Positions 6,691-17,439 of a stretch of DNA of 64,000 nt are shown here, one piece after another. The translations under genes were made by a program, and so were the position numbers. The notes beneath the pieces are model-generated. The model was given only the letters and a program-made list of their open reading frames with translations. It was not told the origin of the DNA and made no database searches. Numbering within the stretch: position 1 is the first letter of the stretch; every line of letters begins with the position of its first letter. This stretch comes from Bacteroidales bacterium (lineage in GTDB: Bacteria > Bacteroidota > Bacteroidia > Bacteroidales > F082): the NCBI GenBank assembly GCA_045657145.1, contig JAZOSK010000039.1, forward strand, positions 150 through 64,149. Direction: 5' to 3'.

Positions 6691-8508
6691 TTAATCGTTA
6701 GATTCATCTCTCTTGCTTTGACGTTTACGTTCAATTTCATCCAAAATGATTTTTCTCAAGCGCAAGCTTTTTGGTGTGATTTCGAGATATTCATCATCTC
6801 TAATCATTTCCATGTATTCTTCTAATGAGAAGCGTTTTGGCGGAATGAGAACGATTTTTTCATCTGAACCAGAAGCACGTACGTTGGTCAAATGTTTAGT
6901 TTTATTAACATTTAACACTATGTCGTTTGAACGTGTATTTTCACCGATGACTTCACCTGCGTAGACTTCTTCATTTGGCATCACGAAAAATGCGCCTCTG
7001 TCTTGTAATTTCCACAAAGCATAAGGTACAGCAACGCCTGTTTCCATAGCGATAAGAGCGCCTGTGTTACGTCCAGGGATTTCCCCTCTCCATGGCTCGT
7101 AGCCTTTAAGTCTTTGCGACATAACAGCTTCACCTTCTGTAGCTGTAAGCATATTGCTTCTCAAGCCAATAAGACCTCTTGATGGTATTTCGAAGTCGAT
7201 GTTCATTCTGTCGCCTTTAGGCTGCATATTTGTCATCTCGCCTTTCTTTGCTGTAACGAGTTCAATAACACGACCCGCAAATTGTTCTGGCACTTGAACT
7301 GTAAGTATTTCAATAGGTTCGCATTTCTTTCCGTCTATTTCTTTCAAGATAACTTTTGGCTGACCGATTTGGAATTCATAGCCTTCACGACGCATTGTCT
7401 CAATTAAAATTGACAAGTGCAAGATACCGCGACCGAACACCATCATTGAGTCTGGCGATGCTGTGTCTTCAATACGAAGTGCGAGGTTCTTTTCTAATTC
7501 TTTATACAAACGTTCACGGAGGTGACGTGATGTAACGAATTTACCTTCCTTACCAAAGAATGGCGAGTTGTTGATTGTGAACAACATACTCATTGTTGGT
7601 TCATCAACGTGGATTGGTGGCAATGCTTCTGGATTTTCCAAGTCAGCGACTGTATCACCGATTTCGAAGTCTTCAAGGCCCATCACTGCAACGATATCGC
7701 CAGCTTTGATTGGATTCTTGGTTCTTTCTTTTCCTAAACCTTCAAAGGTATATAATTCTTTGATTGTATTCTTTTTGACTGTACCATCACGTTTTACGAG
7801 AGATACGTTCATACCAGCTTGCAAGATACCTCTCTTCAAACGACCGACAGCGATACGACCAACGTAAGAACTGTAATCTAATGAAGTGATAAGCATTTGT
7901 GGTGTACCTTCTTCATATTTTGCTGCTGGAATATGTTCTAATATTGTATCGAGAAGATATGAAATATCAGATGTTACATTCTTATAATTATCTGACATCC
8001 AGCCTTGTTTTGAAGAACCGAATACTGTTGGGAAATCAAGTTGTTCTTCTGTTGCGCCTAAGTTGAACATCAAATCGAATACAGCCTCTTGTGTTTCTTC
8101 TGGATAACAGTTTGGCTTGTCAACTTTATTGATAACCACGATTGGCTTAAGACCTAAAAGCAAAGCTTTTTCAAGGACGAAACGTGTTTGTGGCATTGGA
8201 CCTTCAAAAGCATCGACGAGCAAGATAACGCCGTCGGCCATATTAAGAACGCGTTCCACTTCACCACCAAAATCGGAGTGACCAGGAGTATCGATGATAT
8301 TGATTTTTGTACCTTTATAACGTACAGAAACATTCTTTGACAAGATGGTGATACCTCGTTCACGTTCAAGATCGTTATTGTCTAACATCAAATCTGCTGT
8401 CTCCTGATTGTCTCTAAACAATCTTGATTGGTGTAAAATACGATCTACCAATGTGGTTTTGCCATGGTCGACATGGGCAATAATTGCAACGTTACGAATG
8501 CTCTCCAT
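6691..8508 (-). CDS. typA: Translational GTPase TypA/BipA
   Basis: 605 aa with the G1 motif [13 protein letters not shown] and [12 protein letters not shown], and an EF-G-like domain order. Confidence 0.95.
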   Translation of the reverse strand: MESIRNVAIIAHVDHGKTTLVDRILHQSRLFRDNQETADLMLDNNDLERERGITILSKNVSVRYKGTKINIIDTPGHSDFGGEVERVLNMADGVILLVDAFEGPMPQTRFVLEKALLLGLKPIVVINKVDKPNCYPEETQEAVFDLMFNLGATEEQLDFPTVFGSSKQGWMSDNYKNVTSDISYLLDTILEHIPAAKYEEGTPQMLITSLDYSSYVGRIAVGRLKRGILQAGMNVSLVKRDGTVKKNTIKELYTFEGLGKERTKNPIKAGDIVAVMGLEDFEIGDTVADLENPEALPPIHVDEPTMSMLFTINNSPFFGKEGKFVTSRHLRERLYKELEKNLALRIEDTASPDSMMVFGRGILHLSILIETMRREGYEFQIGQPKVILKEIDGKKCEPIEILTVQVPEQFAGRVIELVTAKKGEMTNMQPKGDRMNIDFEIPSRGLIGLRSNMLTATEGEAVMSQRLKGYEPWRGEIPGRNTGALIAMETGVAVPYALWKLQDRGAFFVMPNEEVYAGEVIGENTRSNDIVLNVNKTKHLTNVRASGSDEKIVLIPPKRFSLEEYMEMIRDDEYLEITPKSLRLRKIILDEIERKRQSKRDESND

Positions 8509-8575
8509 CTATATATTTTTTATTTGTTAAAATTCAAAAAAACGAGTGCAAATTTACAAAAAAATGCTTTTATTT

Positions 8576-11500
8576 CTAAAATAATGTATCTAAAAATACA
8601 GGTTTTACATCAATATTTTCATCTACCTTATTTATATACAACAAATATGCTTCTATTGGCTTTTCCACGCCCATATCTTTCAGTGCCTGCATATATGTCT
8701 TCAACTGTTCATTATATTTCGGTTGATGCGTTCCTGTCTTATAATCTATAAGAATGACTTTATCATCTAGTTCTGCATATCTATCAGGACGAATGACCTC
8801 ATTTTTATTCGTATCCTTATCAAATACGAGAATATCCATTTCATTCTTAACTACAGCTTCTTTTGAATATGCGTCTTTAACTTCTTTCAAGGCAACTATT
8901 TTATCAAGTTGTCTTCTCAAACGTTCTGCCTTTTGTTTATCGATGCTTCCTTCGTTGATATAGCTTCCCAAAACCTTATCAGCATCTTCCAGCGTATTAA
9001 TTTTCGATAAGATTTCATGAACGAGGTTTCCCCATTCTTTGGGAAGATAATCATCATCATCATTTTCCACCCAAAACATTGTTGGTTCCGAATCAATTTC
9101 CAAGGTCTTTGTCCAATCCAACAATTGTGGAACATCGCCTTCTTTCAGTTCCAGAACATCTTTTTTTTCCTTTTCCTTATCTTTATGATATTCCACTGTT
9201 CCCAATTCATATTTTATGCTCTTATCTTTGTGAATCGTCACAAAACGATTTTTAATCAGATTAGCATCTTCTTTTTCAGAAGCATCGCCTTCAGCATATG
9301 AATTTTCAATAAAATATCCATTATCCTCATCGAAATATTCCATAAAGAAATTATACGACTCCGATGTCTTTTCTTCCTCAGTCTGTATTTTATTGGAATA
9401 AATGAACAACAAATCCTTAGCCCTTGTCATCGCAACATACATTATATTAAAGTCATCAAAGGCGGCTTTTTCAATTTCGTCTGTATAATGCTGTTCCATT
9501 TCTGTACCAACCAAACCTTTATTAATTGGCAGGATAAAACTATCTATATTCTTAATATCCTTTAACAATTCTATATCATCTAAAGGCAACCATTTTTCAC
9601 TGCCTCTAAAGCTTCCAGGCACTTCTGTATACACATAAGGATACATAACCACTTTGTATTCCAATCCTTTAGACTTATGTATAGTCATAATTTGAACCGC
9701 ATCTATATCTGAAGTGATTTTAACATATAGAGAATTAGATTTCTTATCCCAATGTTCTACAAATGCCTCAATTCCATCATTTTCAGAATTTTGCCATTCC
9801 AAAACATGATTCATAAAATATTGCAAAAATTCATCTTCAATAATATTGAAATCAAAATATTTTCCAAACAATCTAACTATTGCGCAGCATAAATCATATA
9901 CGCTATACGCTTGATTTCTAATATTATATATCTCAGAAAAATCAAAATCATCATTCAATGCCTTTTGAATATCATAAGAATTGGCAGCCGCACATATGTT
10001 TTTGTAGAAAGAAAGCGATAATTTGTCGACATCATTTTTATCATCCACCAAACACTTAAGTGTCAACACTATAAGCCTAACCTTATCTGACGATTTTAGC
10101 AAAATGGAATCAGACGACATAACAGGAATATTGTTCTTTGAAAGGAATTCCGCTATATCAGAGCCATCGGAATTGCTTCTTACAAGAACTGCTATGTCGC
10201 GCAGCATAAATCCTTTGTCTTTCAAGCTATTTATATCATCAAGTATCGATTCCTTGACGGCATCTTTATACAATTTATTAGGGCTTTCCAATCCTTCATC
10301 AGAGAATTTATCCATTTCAAAGAGTTCAACACTCACGAAGCCGTCATATGAATATTTTTTAGGACATTTCTGTTCTAGATCATCATATACTTTACGATAA
10401 TTTTCAGATGTTAATTTATTTTTTGAAATACTAAAGAATGAATTGTTAAAGTCTATTATATTTTTCTTAGATCTGTAATTATATCCAAGAGACTCTTTTT
10501 GTAAGCTATATTTTAATGTATTTTCACATTCCGTGTAAAAGTCGTTATTTTTAGCGCCATATATCGACGGAAGATTCATGATTTGCTCTACTTCACCATT
10601 CCTAAAACGATATATAGCCTGTTTTGCATCTCCCACCAACAGACTCATATTATCTTCAGACAAGCCGTTATTTACCAAAGGAAGGAAATTATGCCATTGC
10701 AAAAGAGAAGTGTCCTGAAACTCATCAATGAAAAAATGTTTGTAACGAGCACCTATTTTTTCATAAATAAAAGGGATACTGCAATCATCTAAAATATCAG
10801 AAATTCTTTTATTAAATTCAGAGATATGCACATTATTCGTATCATCAACATATTGATTTATAACACCTAACAATGCACTTCTCAATGCATACAAATACAA
10901 ATTCTTTCTAACAAGATTGGTAAGAAAAAGATGCTGATGGTCTTTTAGAAGTTTCGCATACAAAGCAATAATATCGACACCCGACTTATTTATTTCATCG
11001 GCTTTTTGCTTATTTATACTCTTTGAAAACCAATTACTTCCTGCGAATATTTTTTTTATTGTCAGACCCACGACAGACGATGGTGCAACATTAATATCTT
11101 TACTTATCTTAGTCAATATTGATGGCAGGCCTCTAGAACCATTATTATAATCTTTATCTACAATATTATACTCGTCTTCAAAGTCTCTAATTACCTGTAT
11201 ATCATTAACGACCTCAGTTTTACATTTATTATACAAGCCGTTTAGAGAATCTTTAATCTGCTGATAATCGTTGCCGCTAAGTTCTTTCACGCCAAGCAGC
11301 TCACCTTTTTTATAAGCACTTTCTTTAAGAAGTTTTGAAACAAATTCTCTTATTGAGACATCAACACGAGGAAAGTTCTCCTCATCTAGTTGAAAATCGA
11401 CAAAATCTATTAAGATTTCCGTAATAGAATCATCATCTTTATCTATACGACCGTCGACACACTGAATCAAGCCATCTAAAAGGTCATCATCATCAAGAAG

Positions 11501-11905
11501 GACTCTATATTGGGCAGGAAGATTTAATTCTTTAGCGAAACTACGCGATACTTGCTGGACGAAACTATCAATTGTTGATATATTAAAATCGGAATAATTA
11601 TGCAAAATATTATCATACAAAGCCTTAGCTCTTCTCACCAAGACATTCTCATCTACATTCAGAGCCTTTATGACATCTCTTTTCATATCGATGAAATTAT
11701 CATCATTATGAACGAATCCATCGAGTGTTGAGAGTATTTTAGCTTTCATTTCATTGGCCGCTTTATTTGTAAAAGTAACAGCCAATATATCCTTACAAGA
11801 AACATTATCAGATGACAGGGATAGTGTCAGGAATTCTCTTACAAGAGTGTAAGTTTTTCCTGAGCCTGCTGATGCTGTGTATAATTTGAAATTACCCTTA
11901 TTCAT
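8576..11905 (-). CDS. UvrD/AddA-like helicase with a C-terminal PD-(D/E)XK nuclease
   Basis: 1109 aa. Walker A ASAGSGKT, motif II DEFQDT, VGDAKQAIYRFRNG, YVAMTRAKDLL, and a C-terminal nuclease motif RPDRY...LIDYKTG. Its ATG overlaps the tamB stop (ATGA). Confidence 0.85.
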   Translation of the reverse strand: MNKGNFKLYTASAGSGKTYTLVREFLTLSLSSDNVSCKDILAVTFTNKAANEMKAKILSTLDGFVHNDDNFIDMKRDVIKALNVDENVLVRRAKALYDNILHNYSDFNISTIDSFVQQVSRSFAKELNLPAQYRVLLDDDDLLDGLIQCVDGRIDKDDDSITEILIDFVDFQLDEENFPRVDVSIREFVSKLLKESAYKKGELLGVKELSGNDYQQIKDSLNGLYNKCKTEVVNDIQVIRDFEDEYNIVDKDYNNGSRGLPSILTKISKDINVAPSSVVGLTIKKIFAGSNWFSKSINKQKADEINKSGVDIIALYAKLLKDHQHLFLTNLVRKNLYLYALRSALLGVINQYVDDTNNVHISEFNKRISDILDDCSIPFIYEKIGARYKHFFIDEFQDTSLLQWHNFLPLVNNGLSEDNMSLLVGDAKQAIYRFRNGEVEQIMNLPSIYGAKNNDFYTECENTLKYSLQKESLGYNYRSKKNIIDFNNSFFSISKNKLTSENYRKVYDDLEQKCPKKYSYDGFVSVELFEMDKFSDEGLESPNKLYKDAVKESILDDINSLKDKGFMLRDIAVLVRSNSDGSDIAEFLSKNNIPVMSSDSILLKSSDKVRLIVLTLKCLVDDKNDVDKLSLSFYKNICAAANSYDIQKALNDDFDFSEIYNIRNQAYSVYDLCCAIVRLFGKYFDFNIIEDEFLQYFMNHVLEWQNSENDGIEAFVEHWDKKSNSLYVKITSDIDAVQIMTIHKSKGLEYKVVMYPYVYTEVPGSFRGSEKWLPLDDIELLKDIKNIDSFILPINKGLVGTEMEQHYTDEIEKAAFDDFNIMYVAMTRAKDLLFIYSNKIQTEEEKTSESYNFFMEYFDEDNGYFIENSYAEGDASEKEDANLIKNRFVTIHKDKSIKYELGTVEYHKDKEKEKKDVLELKEGDVPQLLDWTKTLEIDSEPTMFWVENDDDDYLPKEWGNLVHEILSKINTLEDADKVLGSYINEGSIDKQKAERLRRQLDKIVALKEVKDAYSKEAVVKNEMDILVFDKDTNKNEVIRPDRYAELDDKVILIDYKTGTHQPKYNEQLKTYMQALKDMGVEKPIEAYLLYINKVDENIDVKPVFLDTLF

Positions 11906-14900
11906 TTCCGATTTTTTATTTTCTTATTTTTATTTTTTCTTGCAAAAATCTCTCTTATGTTGTCAAAATTTTGCGAATAAGAAATACCGATTCCTTGCGT
12001 ATAATCCGAATAAGATTCGTAAGTGTACAAATAGTAATTACTATTCAGATTCGAGTGATTATAAGCTTTAAGGCTCAGCCTATTAGTAAGTTTCAATGTA
12101 ATGTCCACATCACCGACAATACTATTAGCGCCTGCCGCCACATCATTTCTAGAGCCTGTATACATACCAAGATTTCCTTCAATCGTGAGTCTGTCATCGA
12201 ACAATTGTGTAGACAGAGCCACTTCTAATTCTTCAGCTGTAAGATTATCTTCTGGGGTATAGCGCACACCTATATCAAAATCTTTACTAATTTGTGACAA
12301 CCAATTACTTAACGAATTGGTTAACACATTATAATAATTTGATGCGCCTATGCTATATAAGCCAGAGCTAGAATAAGAGAACGAACCTAGTACAAGCAAC
12401 GAAATTATCTGTTGCGACATAACTGCCTGATTTGTAGTATCAATTACCGAAAAAACAGTATTTTTTATATCATCAGTAGCATTAGGCAAAGATAGTCCGA
12501 ATGTAATCGTTGGGTTAGTAAGTTTTTCATTAAGATGGAGTATACAATCAACATTAACATTATTAACCACAGAAGTAGAGTCTAGTTCTATTCCCAAAGA
12601 CGATATTGAGGATTTAGTACGATAACTACCTATTACGTTGATATCCGCGTCATCTGCGCGACCTGTCCATGTTATAGTTCCACCACTCTTGATGTCGAAA
12701 TTACGTCTAACAAGATTTTGCAAATTAAAGTTAAATGCTCCGTCATTAATGACATAATCGCCATAAAGCGACAATTGGTCAGAAACCAATCCTAGTCTTA
12801 TATTTCCCGATCCATTAGCCGTAATATTTCCCATATTTGAAGGCAAATGAATATTAACGTTTGCATCTTGTGTCACATCTGCATTTAAGTTAAGAGTAAA
12901 TTTCTTATCCTTTTTCTTCTTCTCAACAGACGTTACAACTGTATCATTATCAGTATTTTTATTAACAAAAACAATAAAATTATCATTGATTGTAGACGCG
13001 CCAGCCAATCTAATATCGATTACAGTTCCAGGCATTGTATAGGCGTTGATATTCATGATAATATCATCTAATGGACCATCTATTTCAAGGTCTCCGCTTG
13101 CAACCACCTTAGCATAAAACGAATCATCATCATCGCCCAACATATTCATGGCCAAGAAATTATCAAGTCTTGCTTCTACATCAAATCTAAAATCTTTCAG
13201 ATAATCATGTGTTATGACCGCATTTGCCACAGCAACATCGCCCAATGTATCTATCAAGATAATATCTTGCAAATCAATCCTATTTTCTGTAAACTTTATA
13301 AAACGATTTGGAGCATTTTCCTCATAACCCGATTTATTGACTGCATAATAAGTATTGAGATAATCAATATTACAAGCAGCATCATTAAGTTCCGCATTAC
13401 CGACAAGAACTGGTTTTTTCAGAGATCCAACCACATCTAAATCGCCATTAAGTTTTCCAGAAACACGACTTAATACACCTTTCGTAAAGGCATTCACTAC
13501 CGAAATATCAATCTCACTTAAGTTAAGATCAAAGTCGAGATTATTTTTTCTAGAAGTGTAGTACTTACCTAGCAACGACAAAACCTTATCTTCAGAATCA
13601 AACCTAACAATTTCTGTATCAATAAGTATAGATGTATCAGGTGCATTCCAGCTTGCATTAATGAAAGCATTTCCAATAGTGTATTTATTTATGCCTATGC
13701 TGTTTATATCAAGATTTGAAAATAATGTAAACTTATCAGACAATCCCGACAATTGAACTTCTCCATCAACAATTCCATCAACATCAATACCCTTGTTCAC
13801 TGTCAACAAATCGAAGTTTGAAATATCTAACTCATTGAATTTAAGATACAATGTATCTGTATTTTTTTTAGGAAAATAACCACTTATGCTCATCGACTGA
13901 TTTCCTGAGTAGACATCAAACTCATTGATAAACATTTTATTTTTCTTAAAATCGACATAACACGTTGGTGACAAAGACCAAATGCTATCATTTATCAGAA
14001 CATCTGAAGCAGAAACGCTCAATACACCACCATCTTTGTCCAATATATAAGAAGCTTTTACAAGGCCTTTATTTCTATCATCGACGAGTTCGTCATCCCA
14101 AGTCATATCCATCAGCAGGCTATCGTTATGAGCATCTATCATAAAATCCAAATTCTCCATTGATAGTCTAAGAGGGTTTGTATCCGTTTCCTCCTTTATA
14201 ACAAATTCTTTTATGCTAACATTAGCCGTTGTCTTATTTTTATCAGTCTTGTTTTTAACGTAAATATCATTAAATATCAGACTATTGTATGCCACAAATT
14301 CTGATTCAATTGTGGAATACAGCTGATACTTGTTAGAAGTATACGTTGCTGTCAAATTGGTATTATCGCTTATTTTAAGTTGTGGCATAAACAAGCGAGA
14401 CAATGTCTCTGTATCTTTCAAAGTCATGTTGACATAAAAATCCTGAGTATCATCATCCAATTTCACACCCTTATTCGACCATTTATTGATATGGAAGTAA
14501 TTCATCACATAGTTCTTGAATGAATTTCCGACACTTTTAAAATTGACCACACCTTTCAAATCCATATCAAAAAAGTCAGTATTTACGCTTACGTCTTTCG
14601 AATCGAAGTGATTTTCTGTCAGCATAACATTCAAGCTATCCATAGTATAGCTACCGCGGCTGTCTGTGTAAGATGTATTTTCCAATGAAATGGTTCCATA
14701 CATTTCATCTAAACCTACGCCTCTCAGATTAGCTTTTGCATTAGTTGACAAGACACTATTTTTGTCATAATCCAAGACATTCAATTTATACAAGTCTACA
14801 TCTTTGACATTCAGGTTTACATCAAAAGATGGAATATTGGAAGTAACATCCATCAAGCCATTGAAATCCAAGTCTATCAATTCTGACTTTATCGACGTTG

Positions 14901-16431
14901 AAGCCACAAGTCTTTGATTTTCAAAATCTCCCACGATATAAAAATTCTCAAACTCATTGCCCATTAACGTCAATTTATCAATACCAAACTCCATATCAAG
15001 GCTCGCATCTTGTTTATTCAATCCCTCACCTTGCATATCTGCCGACATTGTAACCAAAAACTCTTCCTCCATTCCTACGATCTCCTTCACATTCAAATTA
15101 TTAGCATGAATCTTCAAAAAATAATAAGGCTGAGGGACAATCTTTAGGTCATTATTCAAGGCACCATTAAGATAAATATTACCTATGTTTGTGTGAAGGT
15201 TAAATGTAGTGCTAAAGTTATTATGGAAACCATAAAATTCTCCAGATAACATCGCATTTTTTACGGATGCCAATTTTTTAGGCAAAGGTATTTTTCCCGT
15301 TGGTGTCGGTATAGCAAATTCCGCCAAATCTTGATATGTAAAATTCATCTTCTTGACATCCCCAACTATGTGAGTCTCAAAGAAGTTGGGCAAACCTTTC
15401 ATCTTTATAGTTCCCTCAAAATTGGTACTATCCTTAAATGCGAAATGAAAATTATTTGCCGTAAAGTCCTTTACAAAGCCTGTAACCAATCCACTGATTT
15501 GCAATGTATCCGTCATTTTTCCCATTGTTGGAGAAAAATACTTCAAGTCACTAAGCGTCAATTGTGTAGGTCTTATATTTCCTATTATCATAACAGAATC
15601 AACGAAACTTTTAAAGCTTCTGCGACCATTATACAAGAATTGTAAATCCAGATTCAATACAGATGCATGTGTTTCCACATACAGATTCTTCAAATCAAAG
15701 CCTTGCGATGAAACCATGAATTGTGATTTCGTACTCAACTTATCTATATCAAATCCGCATTTATCCATTCCAGAAAGCATATCGACATAACCTCTAACCG
15801 CATTTCCATCGAATGACAAGCTTCTGGCTACCAAATTGACACTATCTATATCAAGATGAGAATAGTCCATGCTCACCTTTTCTGGTTTATCTTTATTTTG
15901 GTTCCATATAATGATATGACCATCTTTCAGATTCAACTCATCAAGATAAATCGGCTTAAAATCACCCTTGTCTTTCTTTTCCTTTTTATTACCTGAAGCG
16001 AACATTTCGGATACGTTCATCTTATCCTCGCCTTCATATTCCACGATACTCACAAGCAAATCTTCAATAGAAAGATCCCTGATTCTCAATTCTTTAGTCA
16101 AGTCTTTCATTGACAACCTTGCGTTCATCCTTCCGACGTAAAACATTGGGGAATGTTTTTTATCGTTAAACTGAACTTCCTCTGCGTAAATTTTAAAATT
16201 GGGCTTTATGTAAAATGTCTTGATTTTAACTTCCGTATCGAAGTGGTCTGATAGGACTCCTGCTGCCGTACGTGCGAGCATACTCTGGACATTTACGTCT
16301 AGAATTACGACGTATATACTCGCAAAAAGAGCAAAAATTATCGCAATGATAATTAAAATGCTATGTATAATCGTTTTCTTCGTATTTTTGTCCTTTCTTT
16401 TAATGCTTATGAACGAATATATTTTAGCCAT
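11902..16431 (-). CDS. tamB: Translocation/assembly module protein TamB family (DUF490)
   Basis: ~1509 aa with one N-terminal TM helix (IIHSILIIIAIIFALFASIYVVIL), a long beta-rich body and a C-terminal DUF490-like region. The start is set at MAKIY (16431), the last in-frame ATG/GTG/TTG start candidate before the TM anchor. The upstream ATG at 16494 is also possible. Confidence 0.8.
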   Translation of the reverse strand: MAKIYSFISIKRKDKNTKKTIIHSILIIIAIIFALFASIYVVILDVNVQSMLARTAAGVLSDHFDTEVKIKTFYIKPNFKIYAEEVQFNDKKHSPMFYVGRMNARLSMKDLTKELRIRDLSIEDLLVSIVEYEGEDKMNVSEMFASGNKKEKKDKGDFKPIYLDELNLKDGHIIIWNQNKDKPEKVSMDYSHLDIDSVNLVARSLSFDGNAVRGYVDMLSGMDKCGFDIDKLSTKSQFMVSSQGFDLKNLYVETHASVLNLDLQFLYNGRRSFKSFVDSVMIIGNIRPTQLTLSDLKYFSPTMGKMTDTLQISGLVTGFVKDFTANNFHFAFKDSTNFEGTIKMKGLPNFFETHIVGDVKKMNFTYQDLAEFAIPTPTGKIPLPKKLASVKNAMLSGEFYGFHNNFSTTFNLHTNIGNIYLNGALNNDLKIVPQPYYFLKIHANNLNVKEIVGMEEEFLVTMSADMQGEGLNKQDASLDMEFGIDKLTLMGNEFENFYIVGDFENQRLVASTSIKSELIDLDFNGLMDVTSNIPSFDVNLNVKDVDLYKLNVLDYDKNSVLSTNAKANLRGVGLDEMYGTISLENTSYTDSRGSYTMDSLNVMLTENHFDSKDVSVNTDFFDMDLKGVVNFKSVGNSFKNYVMNYFHINKWSNKGVKLDDDTQDFYVNMTLKDTETLSRLFMPQLKISDNTNLTATYTSNKYQLYSTIESEFVAYNSLIFNDIYVKNKTDKNKTTANVSIKEFVIKEETDTNPLRLSMENLDFMIDAHNDSLLMDMTWDDELVDDRNKGLVKASYILDKDGGVLSVSASDVLINDSIWSLSPTCYVDFKKNKMFINEFDVYSGNQSMSISGYFPKKNTDTLYLKFNELDISNFDLLTVNKGIDVDGIVDGEVQLSGLSDKFTLFSNLDINSIGINKYTIGNAFINASWNAPDTSILIDTEIVRFDSEDKVLSLLGKYYTSRKNNLDFDLNLSEIDISVVNAFTKGVLSRVSGKLNGDLDVVGSLKKPVLVGNAELNDAACNIDYLNTYYAVNKSGYEENAPNRFIKFTENRIDLQDIILIDTLGDVAVANAVITHDYLKDFRFDVEARLDNFLAMNMLGDDDDSFYAKVVASGDLEIDGPLDDIIMNINAYTMPGTVIDIRLAGASTINDNFIVFVNKNTDNDTVVTSVEKKKKDKKFTLNLNADVTQDANVNIHLPSNMGNITANGSGNIRLGLVSDQLSLYGDYVINDGAFNFNLQNLVRRNFDIKSGGTITWTGRADDADINVIGSYRTKSSISSLGIELDSTSVVNNVNVDCILHLNEKLTNPTITFGLSLPNATDDIKNTVFSVIDTTNQAVMSQQIISLLVLGSFSYSSSGLYSIGASNYYNVLTNSLSNWLSQISKDFDIGVRYTPEDNLTAEELEVALSTQLFDDRLTIEGNLGMYTGSRNDVAAGANSIVGDVDITLKLTNRLSLKAYNHSNLNSNYYLYTYESYSDYTQGIGISYSQNFDNIREIFARKNKNKKIKNRK
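16383..16390 (+). promoter_or_regulatory. TAnnTTTG promoter box for tsaD, embedded in the tamB coding sequence
   Basis: TATTTTTG lies 18 nt upstream of the tsaD ATG at 16409. Confidence 0.45.
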
Positions 16432-17434
16432 CGAATCGTCATGTGACGACACCTCAGCTGCAGTGCTTAGAGGTACAACTGTATTATCTAACATAATTGC
16501 TAACCAAGAAGTTCACCGCCAATATGGAGGCGTTATTCCTGAATTAGCATCACGCGCTCATCAACAAAATATCATACCTGTTGTAGACGCTGCTTTAAAA
16601 CACGCAAATATAACAAAAAATCAGTTATCTGCAATAGCTTTTACACGCGGTCCCGGACTTTTAGGTTCACTTTTAGTAGGCACCTCATTTTCAAAGGCTT
16701 TCGCTCTTTCTATGGATATTCCTTTGATTGAAGTAAACCACACGAACGGACATATCATGGCTTTGTTTGCACAAGAAGAAAACGAGACTACCAAAGTGCC
16801 AGAATTTCCATTCTTATGCCTCGCCGTTTCTGGGGGACACACTCAGATTATTAAAGTAAACGACTATTTCGACTTAGAAATCATCGGAAAAACCATCGAC
16901 GATGCTGCCGGAGAAGCTTTCGACAAAATAGCAAAAATCATGGGACTTCCTTATCCTGGCGGACCAATAATTGACAGATTAGCAAAAGAAGGAAATCCTA
17001 ACGCTTTCTCTTTCAGCAAAGCCAACATCGCAGGATTAAACTATAGTTTCAGCGGCTTAAAAACAAGTTTCCTTTATTTCTTACGCGACAGACTCAAGGA
17101 AGACAAAGACTTTGTAGAAAAAAACAAAGCCGACTTATGCGCTTCCATACAGAGAGAAATCATTGAAACACTGATGAAAAAACTCGTCAAAGCCTCAAAA
17201 GAAACAGGCATCAAACAAGTAGCCATCGCTGGTGGCGTCTCCGCAAACTCAGGTCTGCAAAAAGCTATGCACGACAACGGCAAACGCTACGGCTGGGAAG
17301 TCTTCATACCTAAATTCAAGTTCAGCACCGACAACGCTGCCATGATCGGAATCGCTGGATACTTTAAATATAAAAGCGGACAATTCGCAACACAAGACCT
17401 TACACCTTACGCAAGAACAACAACTCAAAAATAA
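16409..17434 (+). CDS. tsaD: tRNA N6-adenosine threonylcarbamoyltransferase TsaD
   Basis: The N-terminus MNEYILAIESSCDDTSAAV matches the canonical TsaD start. Also has VNHTNGH and GGVSAN motifs. The 16220 start in the ORF track adds 63 non-homologous residues. Confidence 0.95.
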   Translation: MNEYILAIESSCDDTSAAVLRGTTVLSNIIANQEVHRQYGGVIPELASRAHQQNIIPVVDAALKHANITKNQLSAIAFTRGPGLLGSLLVGTSFSKAFALSMDIPLIEVNHTNGHIMALFAQEENETTKVPEFPFLCLAVSGGHTQIIKVNDYFDLEIIGKTIDDAAGEAFDKIAKIMGLPYPGGPIIDRLAKEGNPNAFSFSKANIAGLNYSFSGLKTSFLYFLRDRLKEDKDFVEKNKADLCASIQREIIETLMKKLVKASKETGIKQVAIAGGVSANSGLQKAMHDNGKRYGWEVFIPKFKFSTDNAAMIGIAGYFKYKSGQFATQDLTPYARTTTQK

Positions 17435-17439
17435 TCAAC

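Noticed and set aside
16220-16408. 63-codon N-terminal extension of tsaD in the ORF track. Similar extensions exist for trmD (24159), rplS (25017), rlmB (26379), DUF4293 (28512), namZ (36310), lolD (47980), the GT gene (22246) and the 18771 ORF.
   Set aside because: Family-typical N-termini begin at internal Met codons. The extensions cover promoters, terminators, tRNA genes or the neighbouring CDS.
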